Source: an uncultured candidate division Zixibacteria bacterium (GTDB lineage: Bacteria; Zixibacteria; MSB-5A5; UBA10806). Taken from it: a stretch of 64,000 bases of DNA. Made by a program: the position numbers and the translations under genes. The notes under the pieces are model-generated. The model searched no databases and had not been told where the DNA came from. It saw only the letters and a list, made by a program, of their open reading frames with translations. Location of the stretch: contig CAWFQL010000017.1 of NCBI GenBank assembly GCA_963817915.1, forward strand, positions 64,001 through 128,000. The letters run 5' to 3'. Every line of letters starts with the position of its first letter. Within the stretch, counting starts at the first letter, position 1. Shown one piece after another: positions 21,446 to 32,220 of this stretch.

Positions 21446-21628
21446 TGAAATTCGCTCCTATGAAATTCATAAGCTATTAGATAGCATGGTTCTAAATCAT
21501 TTTATTAGACGCCTGATATCTTCAAATCCGGGAACCCTGGCGTCTGATTTAGGTTTACAATCAATGATGAATGGGTTATATTAAACGCTTTGTGAGAAGA
21601 GAGATTAAGGAAATTAAGGAGGAATGAA

Positions 21629-21949
21629 TTGTTTGAAGGGTTAATTTTAATGGGTGCACAGCCTGGTGGAAGCGCCGGTGGCGGAGCAGCCAGCGGAATT
21701 TCGATGATTATAATGTTCGCCCTGATTTTTGGAGTGATGTACTTTTTCATGATCAGACCACAGCAGAAAAAGGAAAAAGAACGTCAAAAGATGATTGCAG
21801 AGCTCAAAAAAGGGGACAAGGTTATCACGAACTCCGGGATGTATGGGACTATCTGGGGAATGAAAGATAACGTCATTATTTTGAAGGTCGACGAGGAAGT
21901 CAAAATCGAATTCCTCAAGAGCGCGATCGCAGGTAGAGTCACCGAATAA
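21629..21949 (+). CDS. yajC: Preprotein translocase subunit YajC
   Basis: MYFFMIRPQQKK and LKKGDKVITNSGMYG. Confidence 0.95.
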   Translation: MFEGLILMGAQPGGSAGGGAASGISMIIMFALIFGVMYFFMIRPQQKKEKERQKMIAELKKGDKVITNSGMYGTIWGMKDNVIILKVDEEVKIEFLKSAIAGRVTE

Positions 21950-21959
21950 GTAAAAGGAG

Positions 21960-22484
21960 ATGATCGAATTGCCTCCTCTTCCGATAAAAATTTATGGCGA
22001 ACCGATATTGCGTCAGCAATCATCGGTGATTGAAAATATCGACGGTTCGCTCGTGGATTTTTTCCATGACATGACATTGACAATGAAGACCGCAAATGGT
22101 CTGGGGCTGGCCGCCAATCAGGTTGGCCGCGGCATAAGAGCATTTACGATAGATTTGTCTCACTTCGATGTGCTTGACGATCCTCAGGTGATTATCAATC
22201 CTGTGATCATGGAAACTTCGGGTTCTGTTATCGGGGAAGAAGGATGTTTGTCGTTCCCCGGGCTTTATCAGAATATTGAACGGCCCCAAAAGGTGACTAT
22301 CAAAAGCATAGATATTGACGGCAAAGAATATTTTTATGAGGCCGAAGGATTAATCGCCCGGGTGCTCCTGCATGAAATCGATCATCTAAATGGCGTGTTA
22401 TACATAGATAAGCTCAGCGCGGCGCAGCGGAATATTATTAAAAGCAAACTCACCAGAATAAAGGCTGGTGAGAGGGTAGAATGA
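21960..22484 (+). CDS. def: Peptide deformylase
   Basis: GLGLAANQVG, EGCLSFP and HEIDHLNG. Confidence 0.97.
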   Translation: MIELPPLPIKIYGEPILRQQSSVIENIDGSLVDFFHDMTLTMKTANGLGLAANQVGRGIRAFTIDLSHFDVLDDPQVIINPVIMETSGSVIGEEGCLSFPGLYQNIERPQKVTIKSIDIDGKEYFYEAEGLIARVLLHEIDHLNGVLYIDKLSAAQRNIIKSKLTRIKAGERVE

Positions 22485-23422
22485 GGCTGGTTTTTTTCGG
22501 GACCCCCGAATTTGCATCCAGATGCCTTGAAAAAATTATAGCGTCAGATCACGAGGTATTAGCGGTTGTTACCGCTCCTGATAAGCCTAAGGGCCGGGGT
22601 AAGAAAATTGAACCTCCTGACGTCAAGATTACGGCCTTGAAGCACGGGTTGGAGGTCTTTCAACCTGAGAAGCTGAAGGAAAAAGAATTCATATCAAGGC
22701 TAAAAGCATTAAAAGCCGATTTTTATTGTGTCGTGGCATTCCGGATTTTGCCCGAAGAGGTATTTTCAATGCCCACGAAAGGGTGTGTTAATTTGCACGC
22801 GTCATTATTGCCCAAGTATCGCGGGGCCGCACCAATTAATTGGGCGATTATCAAGGGCGAACATGAGACCGGCCTGACAACGTTTTTTATTCGCAAAAAG
22901 GTTGATACCGGTGATATAATAATGTGGGAAAAGATGAATATCGGGCCCGATGAGACATTTGGCGAGCTTCATGATAGAATGGCGGAAATGGGCGGCGATT
23001 TGATCGTAAAGACCATGAATTTGATTCAATCAGGCGCAATTAAAACAATGACGCAGGACGAGGTTCAAACATCGCCCGCGCCGAAATTGTCTCCTGAATC
23101 AGGCAAGATTAAATGGTTCGATACGGCATTCAATATACACAATCTAATCAGGGGTCTTTCGCCAAGACCCGGAGCCTATACATATAGAAATGGGAAAAAA
23201 CTCTTGATACTACGTTCAAAAATAAAAGAAATTAATAAGGTTATCAAAAATCCGGGCACGATCGTGCTGGCCGATCCTAAAAAAGGGATCGAAATCGGGT
23301 GCGGAAAAGGTGTTCTCGAATTGATCGAGCTTAAGCCGGAATCCGGCAAAGTAATCTCGGGCGCGGAATTGGTGCGCGGCTACCATTTAAAGGCGGGCGA
23401 GGAGTTCGGGGAGGCAAATTGA
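22481..23422 (+). CDS. fmt: Methionyl-tRNA formyltransferase
   Basis: FFGTPEFA and NLHASLLPKYRGAAPI; follows def. Confidence 0.97.
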   Translation: MRLVFFGTPEFASRCLEKIIASDHEVLAVVTAPDKPKGRGKKIEPPDVKITALKHGLEVFQPEKLKEKEFISRLKALKADFYCVVAFRILPEEVFSMPTKGCVNLHASLLPKYRGAAPINWAIIKGEHETGLTTFFIRKKVDTGDIIMWEKMNIGPDETFGELHDRMAEMGGDLIVKTMNLIQSGAIKTMTQDEVQTSPAPKLSPESGKIKWFDTAFNIHNLIRGLSPRPGAYTYRNGKKLLILRSKIKEINKVIKNPGTIVLADPKKGIEIGCGKGVLELIELKPESGKVISGAELVRGYHLKAGEEFGEAN

Positions 23423-24987
23423 GCGCGAGAATAAGTACTGAAATATATGTCAATGTCACCGATTATGAGACTCGTATAGCGGTAGTCGAGGATACCAAAT
23501 TAGTCGAACTGCTGGTCGAGCGGCCTGAAAAGGAACGGATAGTCGGGAATATTTATAAAGGTAAAGTCACCGCGGTTTTGCCCGGAATCCAGGCGGCATT
23601 CGTAGATATCGGTTTGGAGAAAGCGGGCTTTCTTCATTTTTCGGATACTACTTTTAACCAAGGCGAGCGAAGCATGCTTTTCGATATGGATTTTATCGAT
23701 GAGGAAACTCTTGATACTCCGGTCGTCTCGAAAGTCAAAAGGTCTTCGACCATCACGGACATAATCAAAAAAGGCCAGGAGTTGCTTGTTCAGGTCATAA
23801 AAGAATCTATAGGAAGCAAAGGGCCTCGTCTGACGAGCCAGATTTCTTTGCCGGGAAGATATGTTGTGATGGTTCCCGGCGGAAGCCATATAGGGATTTC
23901 AAAAAAGATATCGAATGTCAGCGAGAAGAAACGTTTGCGAAAGGCTGTGTCGGAATTCAAGCCGCCGAATTTTGGAATTATTGTCAGGACTGTGGCGCAG
24001 GGGAAGGATCAAAAGGAATTCAAGGCCGACATGAGTCTTCTTTCCAAGCTTTGGGAGAAGATGAAGAAGAAGGTTGAATCGACCAAGGCTCCGGCTCTGG
24101 TGCATAAAGACCTTGAATTAACCGGCGGGATTATCAGAGATTTATTGACACCGGATATAAGCAAAGTCGTGATCGATAATAAAAATGAATTTGCCCTTAT
24201 TATGAAATATCTGAAGGCATTAGACCCCAATTTGCGTTCTCTGGTGCAATATTACGGTGACAGGGAGCCACTTTTTGATAAGGCAGGGATCGAGGCAGAA
24301 ATCGAGAAAATGCTTGAAAGGCGTGTCTGGATTAAACGGGGCGCCAATATTGTTATAGATCAAACGGAGGCTGTGGTCGCAATCGATGTCAATACCGGCC
24401 GTTCCAGTTCAAGGGGTAAGGGCGAGGATAATATTTTTCAGACTAATATCGAGGCCGCCAAGGAGATTGCCCGTCAGATAAGGCTTCGTGATATCGGCGG
24501 TATTATCATCATAGATTTTATCGATATGGAAAACCGGGAAAGCCGACGCCGGGTCTATGATGAATTCAAGAATGCCTTATCGCGAGATAGATCGGAAAAT
24601 TATATTTCATCGATCTCGGATTTGGGTTTGGTCGAGATGACCCGTGAACGTATAAGGCCGTCATTCATGCATACATTCTCGGAGCCGTGCCCGGTTTGCG
24701 ATGGTGTCGGCAGAGTCCTTTCGAGTGAGTCGCTGGCAGTCAAGATCGAGAGATGGTTTAAGAGGGTGGCGGCAGGCTCAAGCAATAAGCATTTCCAGTT
24801 GACCGTAAATCCCAGAGTGAGCGAATTACTGTTGTCGGGAAAGCCGTCGCGCGTCAGGAAATTAGAGAAATTCTACGGATTCAAAATCAGCGTGGTAGTA
24901 GATACATCGCTGAAACCGGAGGTCTTTGAGATATTGGATTTGACATCCGATGAGGATATCACAAATAAAATTCAGATAAAGAAGTGA
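23419..24987 (+). CDS. Ribonuclease E/G family protein
   Basis: S1 domain GNIYKG...AAFVDIG, IDVNTG, RLRDIGGIIIIDFIDM and Zn-link CPVCDG. Confidence 0.95.
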   Translation: MSARISTEIYVNVTDYETRIAVVEDTKLVELLVERPEKERIVGNIYKGKVTAVLPGIQAAFVDIGLEKAGFLHFSDTTFNQGERSMLFDMDFIDEETLDTPVVSKVKRSSTITDIIKKGQELLVQVIKESIGSKGPRLTSQISLPGRYVVMVPGGSHIGISKKISNVSEKKRLRKAVSEFKPPNFGIIVRTVAQGKDQKEFKADMSLLSKLWEKMKKKVESTKAPALVHKDLELTGGIIRDLLTPDISKVVIDNKNEFALIMKYLKALDPNLRSLVQYYGDREPLFDKAGIEAEIEKMLERRVWIKRGANIVIDQTEAVVAIDVNTGRSSSRGKGEDNIFQTNIEAAKEIARQIRLRDIGGIIIIDFIDMENRESRRRVYDEFKNALSRDRSENYISSISDLGLVEMTRERIRPSFMHTFSEPCPVCDGVGRVLSSESLAVKIERWFKRVAAGSSNKHFQLTVNPRVSELLLSGKPSRVRKLEKFYGFKISVVVDTSLKPEVFEILDLTSDEDITNKIQIKK

Positions 24988-25051
24988 CCCCCGGACCATC
25001 GCGCTGTTTACCAACTCTCAAGACATTGGCCGATAATTATAATTTCGAATC

Positions 25052-26306
25052 ATGGGCAAAATAGACCAAAATAAATTATCCTCGATTCTAATCCTGACCG
25101 GAAATCTGATTTTCGCGTCTTCAGTTGTGATAACCAATGTCCCCGCCTATTTAGGATTGCTGATTGCGCTTGTTGGAATTTGTCTTGATATCAATAAAGT
25201 CCGTCAACTGCTCAGCAATAGAATATTTATTCTAATTGTTTCTTTTCTGGTCTGGGGCATGATATTGTCATTAACACTCAAAGATCATAAATCTTTGGCA
25301 TTTACGACAGTATTTTCATTCGCGGGGCATTGGCTGATACCATTTTCATCGGGATTCTGCCTGGAGTCAAAAGATAGAAACCGGCTGAAAATGATATTTA
25401 TCGCGGTTGTAATGATAGTGGGAGTAATGAGTCTCGGGGCATATCTGGGATTATATAATGCGCCTGATCTTAGCAAAGAAGGGATGCTGTGGGGTTTTCA
25501 TCATCATATAGCATTTGCGGCTATTTTGATGATGGCCTTTTTTATTATTTATAATATGGCGTTAGCAAAGGGGATTTCTCGTACGAAAGTTTTCATATTT
25601 TCAGCAATAGCGTTGCTGGCATTTATATTCGTGATTTTAACAGGCAGCCGGAGCTATTGGCTGGCAGGCATTATATCATTTGCGGCGGCCTCTATATATA
25701 ATATCGTAGTCGGCAGGGCGAGGAAGATATCATTGCTGATAATCGGTGTGGGGATACTGGCTATTGTAGTAGTCTCATTAATATTTCCTACAGGTGCAAC
25801 AGCGGTATAAAATGACTAATTTGAATGATAGCAATTATATCTATCGAAGAAATATGGCTATGATGGCATCGTATATTATTCGCGATCACCCAATAGTGGG
25901 TATCGGTCCGGGTCAGATGCCATACGCCAAAGAATATTATGATAAGATGGATTCATTGGGGCTAGTATTGGATTCGGGCTATCTAAAGAAAAAGCATTTG
26001 CATAATATGTATCTTCAAGTCGGGTCGGAATTCGGCTTGATTGGATTATTTATTTTTCTATCAATTTTGGTCATGTCGCTGGTGAAGATTCGTCAGTCGA
26101 TGAAATTCGCTACCAAGGATTCATTCGAAAACAGCCTGGGGTATGGCGTCTTTTGGGGATTCATCACGCTTATGATCGGTGAGATGTTCGATTGTCTATT
26201 GAGGGGCCCGGCCGTCGCGATGATAGCATTCTGGCTGATCGGAGCATCGATATCCTCGAAAGCTCTGGATAAAAGCGATGCCAATAAATTGCCGTTTGAA
26301 AAATAA
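25052..26306 (+). CDS. O-antigen ligase (WaaL/Wzy_C) family protein; frameshift near 25792
   Basis: Multi-TM; LTGSRSYW in the first ORF; HPIVGIGPG and HLHNMYLQ...EFGLIG in the second. Confidence 0.8.
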
Positions 26307-26342
26307 CTGAGGTATGATTTGGGTATATGATGGGAGTATTAA

Positions 26343-26876
26343 TTGACTTACGATAATTCTATTTTGCAGGTCGCTTCGATGATGGAGCTTGCGGCCAGGA
26401 CCGCTCCAAAAGCCAGGGGCGAGGATTTTGTCGAAATATTGGTATTGGGGAGAGACAAGCTGGAAGAGCTTGCGCGGGGCATGGAAAAATTCGGACTCGA
26501 AAGGGGTAGGAAGAATTTCGATCGCGACGCCCAAAATGTCAGAAATTCATCGGCGGTGGTTTTAATCGGGTTGAAGGATGCTACAACCACCGGGCTTAAT
26601 TGCGGCGCATGCGGTTTTTCAACCTGCAAGCAGATGGAATCGTCAAAGCCGATTGACGAGGATTTTAAGGGTCCGATTTGCAGTTATCGGCTTCTTGATC
26701 TCGGAATAGCCCTGGGTTCGGCCGTGAAAACAGCGCAGATACTCAACGTGGACAATCGGATAATGTACAGGATTGGGGTTGTTGCCCGTTGGCTCAAAAT
26801 CGTAAAATGGGATTATTTGATGGGCATACCGCTTTCGGCAACGGGTAAAAACATATATTTTGACCGTCGGGCGTGA
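26343..26876 (+). CDS. DUF2148 (ferredoxin-like Cys-motif) protein
   Basis: AARTAPKARG, NCGACGFSTC, DLGIALGSA, VDNRIMY and KNIYFDR. Confidence 0.85.
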   Translation: MTYDNSILQVASMMELAARTAPKARGEDFVEILVLGRDKLEELARGMEKFGLERGRKNFDRDAQNVRNSSAVVLIGLKDATTTGLNCGACGFSTCKQMESSKPIDEDFKGPICSYRLLDLGIALGSAVKTAQILNVDNRIMYRIGVVARWLKIVKWDYLMGIPLSATGKNIYFDRRA

Positions 26877-26928
26877 AACAAAATATGCCATATCGGGTTA
26901 AATGAAGTTGGTGTGGGCCATAATGGGC

Positions 26929-26956
26929 TTGACTGGAATTGGAATATTATTATATT
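26929..26956 (+). promoter_or_regulatory. Sigma70-type promoter for rplU-bamA
   Basis: TTGACT-N16-TATATT upstream of a GGAGG RBS. Confidence 0.5.
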
Positions 26957-26989
26957 TGTAATTTTTAATTAGGAGCAGCAGGAGGATTA

Positions 26990-27301
26990 ATGCACGCAAT
27001 AATTGAAACAGGCGGAGAACAGGTACCAGTCGAGCTCAATGGTAAATGCAAAATTCCCCGCCTTGAGTCTGAGGTCGGCAACGAGGTCAAATTCGATAAG
27101 GTACTTCTTATTGCCGACAAAAATGCGCCCAAAATAGGCAAACCATATATAAGTGGGGCCTCAGTAAAGGGTGAGGTTATAAGTCACGGCAAGCTTGACA
27201 AGGTGATAATCTTTAAATTTAAAAGACGCACCAAATATCGCCGTAAAACCGGACATCGACAGGGCTATACCGAGGTTTTAATCAAAGCGATAAATTCTTG
27301 A
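26990..27301 (+). CDS. rplU: 50S ribosomal protein L21
   Basis: AIIETGGEQ, IGKPYI and FKFKRRTKYRRKTGHRQ. Confidence 0.96.
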   Translation: MHAIIETGGEQVPVELNGKCKIPRLESEVGNEVKFDKVLLIADKNAPKIGKPYISGASVKGEVISHGKLDKVIIFKFKRRTKYRRKTGHRQGYTEVLIKAINS

Positions 27302-29619
27302 TAAAAAAAGCCTTATTCATTTCGAACATACTGGTTTTTTGGTTGATTCTGGGCGCGGTATCTGCTCAAGCTCAACAATCCGAGAGCGGCCCCGGCGAAT
27401 CCTGGGGAAAATCCATATTGTCAGTGGCTGTAAGGGGAATCCAAAGCGCTGATTCATTCCTTGTAATAAATTCATCCGGATTAATAACGGGGAATGTTTT
27501 ATCACCTGGGATGGTTCAGGACGCGGTTCGGGGCATATACGCGATCGGAGTCTTTTCCGATGTGGATATCGACGTGGCTGCAATAGGCAGTGGAGTCAAT
27601 GTTACTATTGTAGTTAAAGAATATCCCAAGCTGAGGAAGATAAAAATCAGCGGAAATAAGAAAATTAAAAGATCCAAGATTGACGAAAAATTAACATTAT
27701 TTGAAGGCAGGACAGTTTCCCCAAGCGAAATAAAGAATAATATCGAACGAATAAAGTCGATGTACTCGGAAAAAGGATATTTGCTTGCCACAGTAGATGT
27801 AAATAAAATCCCTGTAGTCGATAATCCTGCCCAAACTGACCTCGAATTCAATATTTCCGAGGGCGGCAAGGTCAAAATCGGCCAAATAACATTCTCAGGT
27901 AATACAATCTATATAGGAAGCAAGCTTCGCGGAAAAATGTCGACCAAGCAGAAATCATTTTTCCGATCCGGCAACTTCGAAAAAGATAAATATCTCGAAG
28001 ACAAAGATAAAATAGTGACATTTTATAAGGATAATGGGTATATCGATGCCGTCGTTCTCGGCGATTCTATCTGGTATTCCAATGATAAAAGCCAGATGTT
28101 TATCAATATCAGGCTAAGGGAAGGAAACAAGTATTATTTTGGCAAGGTGAATTGGGAAGGCAATAATAAATTTACCAATGATCAGATCAAAAGCTGCATA
28201 GAATTCAAAGAAGGCGGCATTTACGACCAGAAAAAATACGATGAGAGCCTGGGTAAAATCAGCGAAATGTATTATGATTTTGGATATTTATATCTTCAGA
28301 TAGATGATAAGGCTTCTCCTCGCGGCGATACAATGGATTTCAATCTGAAATTAACCGAAAACAATCCGGCGAAAGTCCGCATGATCAATATTGTCGGCAA
28401 TACCAAGACCAGGGAAAATGTCATTCGCCGCGAATTGATGATAATGCCGGATACGATATTCAGCCGTCCATTGCTGATAAGATCATTGAGGGAGGTAATG
28501 ACCCTCAATTTCTTTGAAAATGTCACACCAAATATGGAAACATTGCCGAATGGCGATATCGATTTGAATTTGGAAGTCAAAGAAAAACCGACAGGCCAAT
28601 TTTCGGTCGGCGCGGGTTATTCTCAGACTGACAAGCTTGTGGCCAATATCGGCCTTGGCGTACCCAATTTACTTGGAACGGGGCAGACAGCTACCTTGAA
28701 TCTAGAATTGGGCAAGCTTCTTAATAGTTTCGATATTAGCTATCAAGAGCCCTGGCTATTGGGCACCCCGACATCGATATCATTGAATTTCTATCTGCAG
28801 GAGCATTTGTATAATAGTTGGTATACCGAGCAACGTTTAGGGGGAAATTTCCAGGTTGGCAGAAGGCTGAAATGGCCCGATAATTATTTTAGAATTTTCT
28901 CTGGATATAGACTTGAACAGGTTGATTACAGCGGCATTAGCGCAGATTATATAGCCGCGAACGATTCCAATCGATTTTCAGTAGATAAATATAAATGGCC
29001 GTTATCGACTTCGGCAGTATCATTATCTATAATCAGAGATTCCAAGGATTTGCCGCAATTTGCCACCAAGGGTTCTATCTTGTCATGGCATGGAGAAATG
29101 GCCGGAATGTTCCTTGGCGGGAGCTGGGACTATTACAAAGAATTTTATTCTATTGAATATTACAAAACCGTATTCTGGAAATTTGTATTGATGGGCCGTG
29201 CCAAATACGGCGAAATATCAGGCCTTCACGGCGATGCCAGCATACCGTATAGCGACAGGTTCGCGCCGGGAGGGGTTGATCCCGACGGCACGATTCGAGG
29301 TTATGATGACGGTCTGGTTGGCCCATATGATAGCAGGGGAGCGTTCTTAAAAGGGCGATTCGAGTTAATTTATAACCTGGAATTGACATTGCCTATAAGT
29401 GATCAGCAATTCTATATACTTTTATTCTCCGATGCCGGTAATGCATACCGCAATTTGGAAAATATTCGTCTCACCAAAGGGTATATGCGTTCGGTAGGAG
29501 TAGGTTTTAGAGTGATAGTTCCCTATGTTGGTATCATGGGATTTGATTTTGGATATCCCTTCGATGGTCATGAAAAGGGGAAATGGAAACCCCATTTCCA
29601 AATTGGCAGGGGATTTTAG
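27298..29619 (+). CDS. bamA: Outer membrane protein assembly factor BamA
   Basis: Signal peptide, POTRA repeats (GNTKTRENVIRRE), IRGYD motif, C-terminal FQIGRGF. Confidence 0.95.
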   Translation: MIKKALFISNILVFWLILGAVSAQAQQSESGPGESWGKSILSVAVRGIQSADSFLVINSSGLITGNVLSPGMVQDAVRGIYAIGVFSDVDIDVAAIGSGVNVTIVVKEYPKLRKIKISGNKKIKRSKIDEKLTLFEGRTVSPSEIKNNIERIKSMYSEKGYLLATVDVNKIPVVDNPAQTDLEFNISEGGKVKIGQITFSGNTIYIGSKLRGKMSTKQKSFFRSGNFEKDKYLEDKDKIVTFYKDNGYIDAVVLGDSIWYSNDKSQMFINIRLREGNKYYFGKVNWEGNNKFTNDQIKSCIEFKEGGIYDQKKYDESLGKISEMYYDFGYLYLQIDDKASPRGDTMDFNLKLTENNPAKVRMINIVGNTKTRENVIRRELMIMPDTIFSRPLLIRSLREVMTLNFFENVTPNMETLPNGDIDLNLEVKEKPTGQFSVGAGYSQTDKLVANIGLGVPNLLGTGQTATLNLELGKLLNSFDISYQEPWLLGTPTSISLNFYLQEHLYNSWYTEQRLGGNFQVGRRLKWPDNYFRIFSGYRLEQVDYSGISADYIAANDSNRFSVDKYKWPLSTSAVSLSIIRDSKDLPQFATKGSILSWHGEMAGMFLGGSWDYYKEFYSIEYYKTVFWKFVLMGRAKYGEISGLHGDASIPYSDRFAPGGVDPDGTIRGYDDGLVGPYDSRGAFLKGRFELIYNLELTLPISDQQFYILLFSDAGNAYRNLENIRLTKGYMRSVGVGFRVIVPYVGIMGFDFGYPFDGHEKGKWKPHFQIGRGF

Positions 29620-29662
29620 TCTGATAAGCAAAAATAACATATTGTTTGTATAAGGAGACTAT

Positions 29663-30175
29663 ATGAAATGGGTTATTTGCGCCGTACTAATGCTTTTCAC
29701 TCCGGTTATCGCCATGGCGCAGGCAAAGATCGGGTATGTAGATTCACAGAAAATATTTGCCCAATCGCCTGAATTTCAGGAAGCCCAGGCCAAATTGGAC
29801 AAGGAAGTTGAAGACTGGCAAAGCCTGGCAGCTACGATGAACGATGAAATCAAAAAGCTGAAAGAGGATTCCGAAAAGAATTCACTGGTATGGTCATCGT
29901 CGAAGAAGAAGGAATCTGACGCCCTTCTACAAGCGAAACAGGATACATTACAGCAATATCTCGATGCGACATTCGGGCAAAACGGTAAGGCAGAAAAGCG
30001 GATGGCAGAGCTTTCCAAGCCAATTAAGGATAGGATAATTGGTATAATTCGTCGCATCGCAATCGAAAACGATTACGATATAGTTCTCGACGCGGCCAAT
30101 GTAAGTATTGCCTATGCCAAGGAAAGCCTGGATTTAACCGATGAAGTCATGGCGGAATTAGCCAAAGAGAAATAA
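29663..30175 (+). CDS. skp: Periplasmic chaperone Skp/OmpH
   Basis: KIGYVD, coiled coil, YDIVLD...DLTDEV; lies between bamA and lpxD. Confidence 0.92.
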   Translation: MKWVICAVLMLFTPVIAMAQAKIGYVDSQKIFAQSPEFQEAQAKLDKEVEDWQSLAATMNDEIKKLKEDSEKNSLVWSSSKKKESDALLQAKQDTLQQYLDATFGQNGKAEKRMAELSKPIKDRIIGIIRRIAIENDYDIVLDAANVSIAYAKESLDLTDEVMAELAKEK

Positions 30176-31195
30176 ATGTCATTTACTCTCGGCCAGATTT
30201 CCACTGAAATCGGCGCCACCCTTAAAGGCGATGCGGGCTTAGTTATAACTGATTTGGCGTCTATAGAAGCGGCCTCGACGGGCGAGTTATCATTCGTAGT
30301 ATCTCCAAAATATAGAAAAGAAGCAGAATCCTCGAAAGCATCGGCGCTAATCTCGTATCCGAAATTCGAATCAAAATCCAAATCTCTTTTGGTCATGGAT
30401 GATCCATACCTTGGTTTTGCCAAGGCTATGAGGCTTTTTTATCGATGTTTTCCTTCGGTTACTCCTGGAATCGAGAAAACTGCGGTAATAGCAGATGGGG
30501 TCGCAATTCCCTCAGATACTTATATCGGGCATAATGTCGTTATTTCTAAAGGCGCGAAGATTGGCAAGGGAGTAATAATACAGGCGGGAGTGTTTGTCGG
30601 AGAAAATTCGGTAGTTGGCGATAATTGTGTAATTTATCAGAATGTGACTATTCGTGAGAATATCGAAATTGGGAACAGGGTCGTGATTTATCCCAACGCC
30701 GTTATAGGATCGGATGGGTTCGGGTACAGATGGGACGGCGTAACCTATTTGAAAATCCCGCAAATAGGCACGGTCGTAATCGAGGACAATTGCGAAATCG
30801 GAGCAGGAACGACAATAGATCGTGCCACTATGGGCAAGACAATTATCGGCAAGAACACCATAATAGATAATCAGGTTCAAATCGGTCATAACTGCATAAT
30901 CGGTCCTGGGTCAGCAATATGCGCGCAGGTGGGGCTGGCAGGAAGTACGACGCTCGAAAAACGTGTAACTCTCGCCGGGCAAGTCGGAGTGGCCGGACAT
31001 CTGACAATCGGCGAAAATTCATTTATAGAAGCGCAATCGGGCGTGGCATCGGATACTCCGCCTAATTCGATCTATTTTGGCTATCCTGCAAAGGACATAA
31101 AAAAGGCCCATAAAATTGAGGCTATAATCAATCATCTTCCGGAATATGTAATTAGAATTAGAAAATTAGAATCGCTCTTCAATAAAAAAAGCTAA
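30176..31195 (+). CDS. lpxD: UDP-3-O-acylglucosamine N-acyltransferase
   Basis: DPYLGFA, hexapeptide repeats, IGSDGFGY, KIPQIG, TTIDR and DNQVQIGHN. Confidence 0.96.
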   Translation: MSFTLGQISTEIGATLKGDAGLVITDLASIEAASTGELSFVVSPKYRKEAESSKASALISYPKFESKSKSLLVMDDPYLGFAKAMRLFYRCFPSVTPGIEKTAVIADGVAIPSDTYIGHNVVISKGAKIGKGVIIQAGVFVGENSVVGDNCVIYQNVTIRENIEIGNRVVIYPNAVIGSDGFGYRWDGVTYLKIPQIGTVVIEDNCEIGAGTTIDRATMGKTIIGKNTIIDNQVQIGHNCIIGPGSAICAQVGLAGSTTLEKRVTLAGQVGVAGHLTIGENSFIEAQSGVASDTPPNSIYFGYPAKDIKKAHKIEAIINHLPEYVIRIRKLESLFNKKS

Positions 31196-31208
31196 CAAAA
31201 GCATCAAG

Positions 31209-31234
31209 GGAACATTAACGCAAAAGGGTTCGTT
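31209..31234 (+). promoter_or_regulatory. Putative ECF sigma promoter upstream of trxA
   Basis: GGAAC-N17-CGTT. Confidence 0.6.
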
Positions 31235-31271
31235 AAGCTTTCCGAGAGAGAAGAATATTATTTAAGGAGTC

Positions 31272-31604
31272 ATGATGTCAAAAATTATAGAGATTAATGA
31301 GTCAAATTTCGAAGAGGAAGTAAAAAAATCGGATGTGACTGTCATGGTTGATTTTTGGGCCACCTGGTGCGGGCCCTGCCATATGATCGCGCCATTTGTC
31401 GAAGAAGCGTCAACTGTGTATGATGGGAAGTTGAAAGTCGGCAAGATTGATGTTGATAATAACCAGGATCTGGCCTCGAAATTTTCTGTGATGTCGATAC
31501 CGGCATTGATATTTTTCAAAAATGGCAATGTTATTGATCAGATAATCGGCGCGGTACATAAGAAGGTTCTATTCGAAAGAATTGACAAGGTATTGGCCAA
31601 GTGA
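31272..31604 (+). CDS. trxA: Thioredoxin
   Basis: VDFWATWCGPC and cis-Pro SIP. Confidence 0.96.
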   Translation: MMSKIIEINESNFEEEVKKSDVTVMVDFWATWCGPCHMIAPFVEEASTVYDGKLKVGKIDVDNNQDLASKFSVMSIPALIFFKNGNVIDQIIGAVHKKVLFERIDKVLAK

Positions 31605-32014
31605 AAAACGATTATCAGGATTCCAGTGTAATTGACAAAATTATAAAGGAATCGAAAATAATCGCCGTAGTCGGTCTTTCGGATAAGCCAGACAGGCCGA
31701 GTTATGGAGTAGCCCGGTATCTCCAATCTCGTGGCTATAAAATAATTCCAGTCAATCCCATGCTTCACAGTGTATTAGGCGAAACGTCGTATCCCGATAT
31801 CGGTTCAATTCCCGGCAAGATTGATGTAGTCGATATTTTCAGAAAAAGTGAAGATGTTGGCCCGATAGTAGACGCGGCGATTGCCAAGAAGGCCGGTTCT
31901 ATTTGGATGCAGGAAGGTGTTGTAAATGAAGACGCGGCATCTAAGGCTGCAGCGGCAGGGCTGGATGTGGTCATGGATCTTTGTATGCTCAAGGAACATT
32001 CCCGAAGGAAATAG
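31601..32014 (+). CDS. CoA-binding protein (YccU-like)
   Basis: IAVVGLSDKPDRPSY, IIPVNP, VDIFR and WMQEG. Confidence 0.92.
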   Translation: MKNDYQDSSVIDKIIKESKIIAVVGLSDKPDRPSYGVARYLQSRGYKIIPVNPMLHSVLGETSYPDIGSIPGKIDVVDIFRKSEDVGPIVDAAIAKKAGSIWMQEGVVNEDAASKAAAAGLDVVMDLCMLKEHSRRK

Positions 32015-32220
32015 ATTAAAATCTATATGGCGGGGATAGGTGAAGTCAATAATCGTTCGGATCATTGACTTTTTTATTGCTCTTTCTTCAATATCATGGG
32101 ATTTTATCAGGGGATAGCCCGATCTTCCGGGAGAAGGATGAATGATTTGCTTAACGCTTGCCCGAATACTGCCGATGCTATATATTGAGTAAAACATAAA
32201 TATATAAAGATGGGTGAAAG

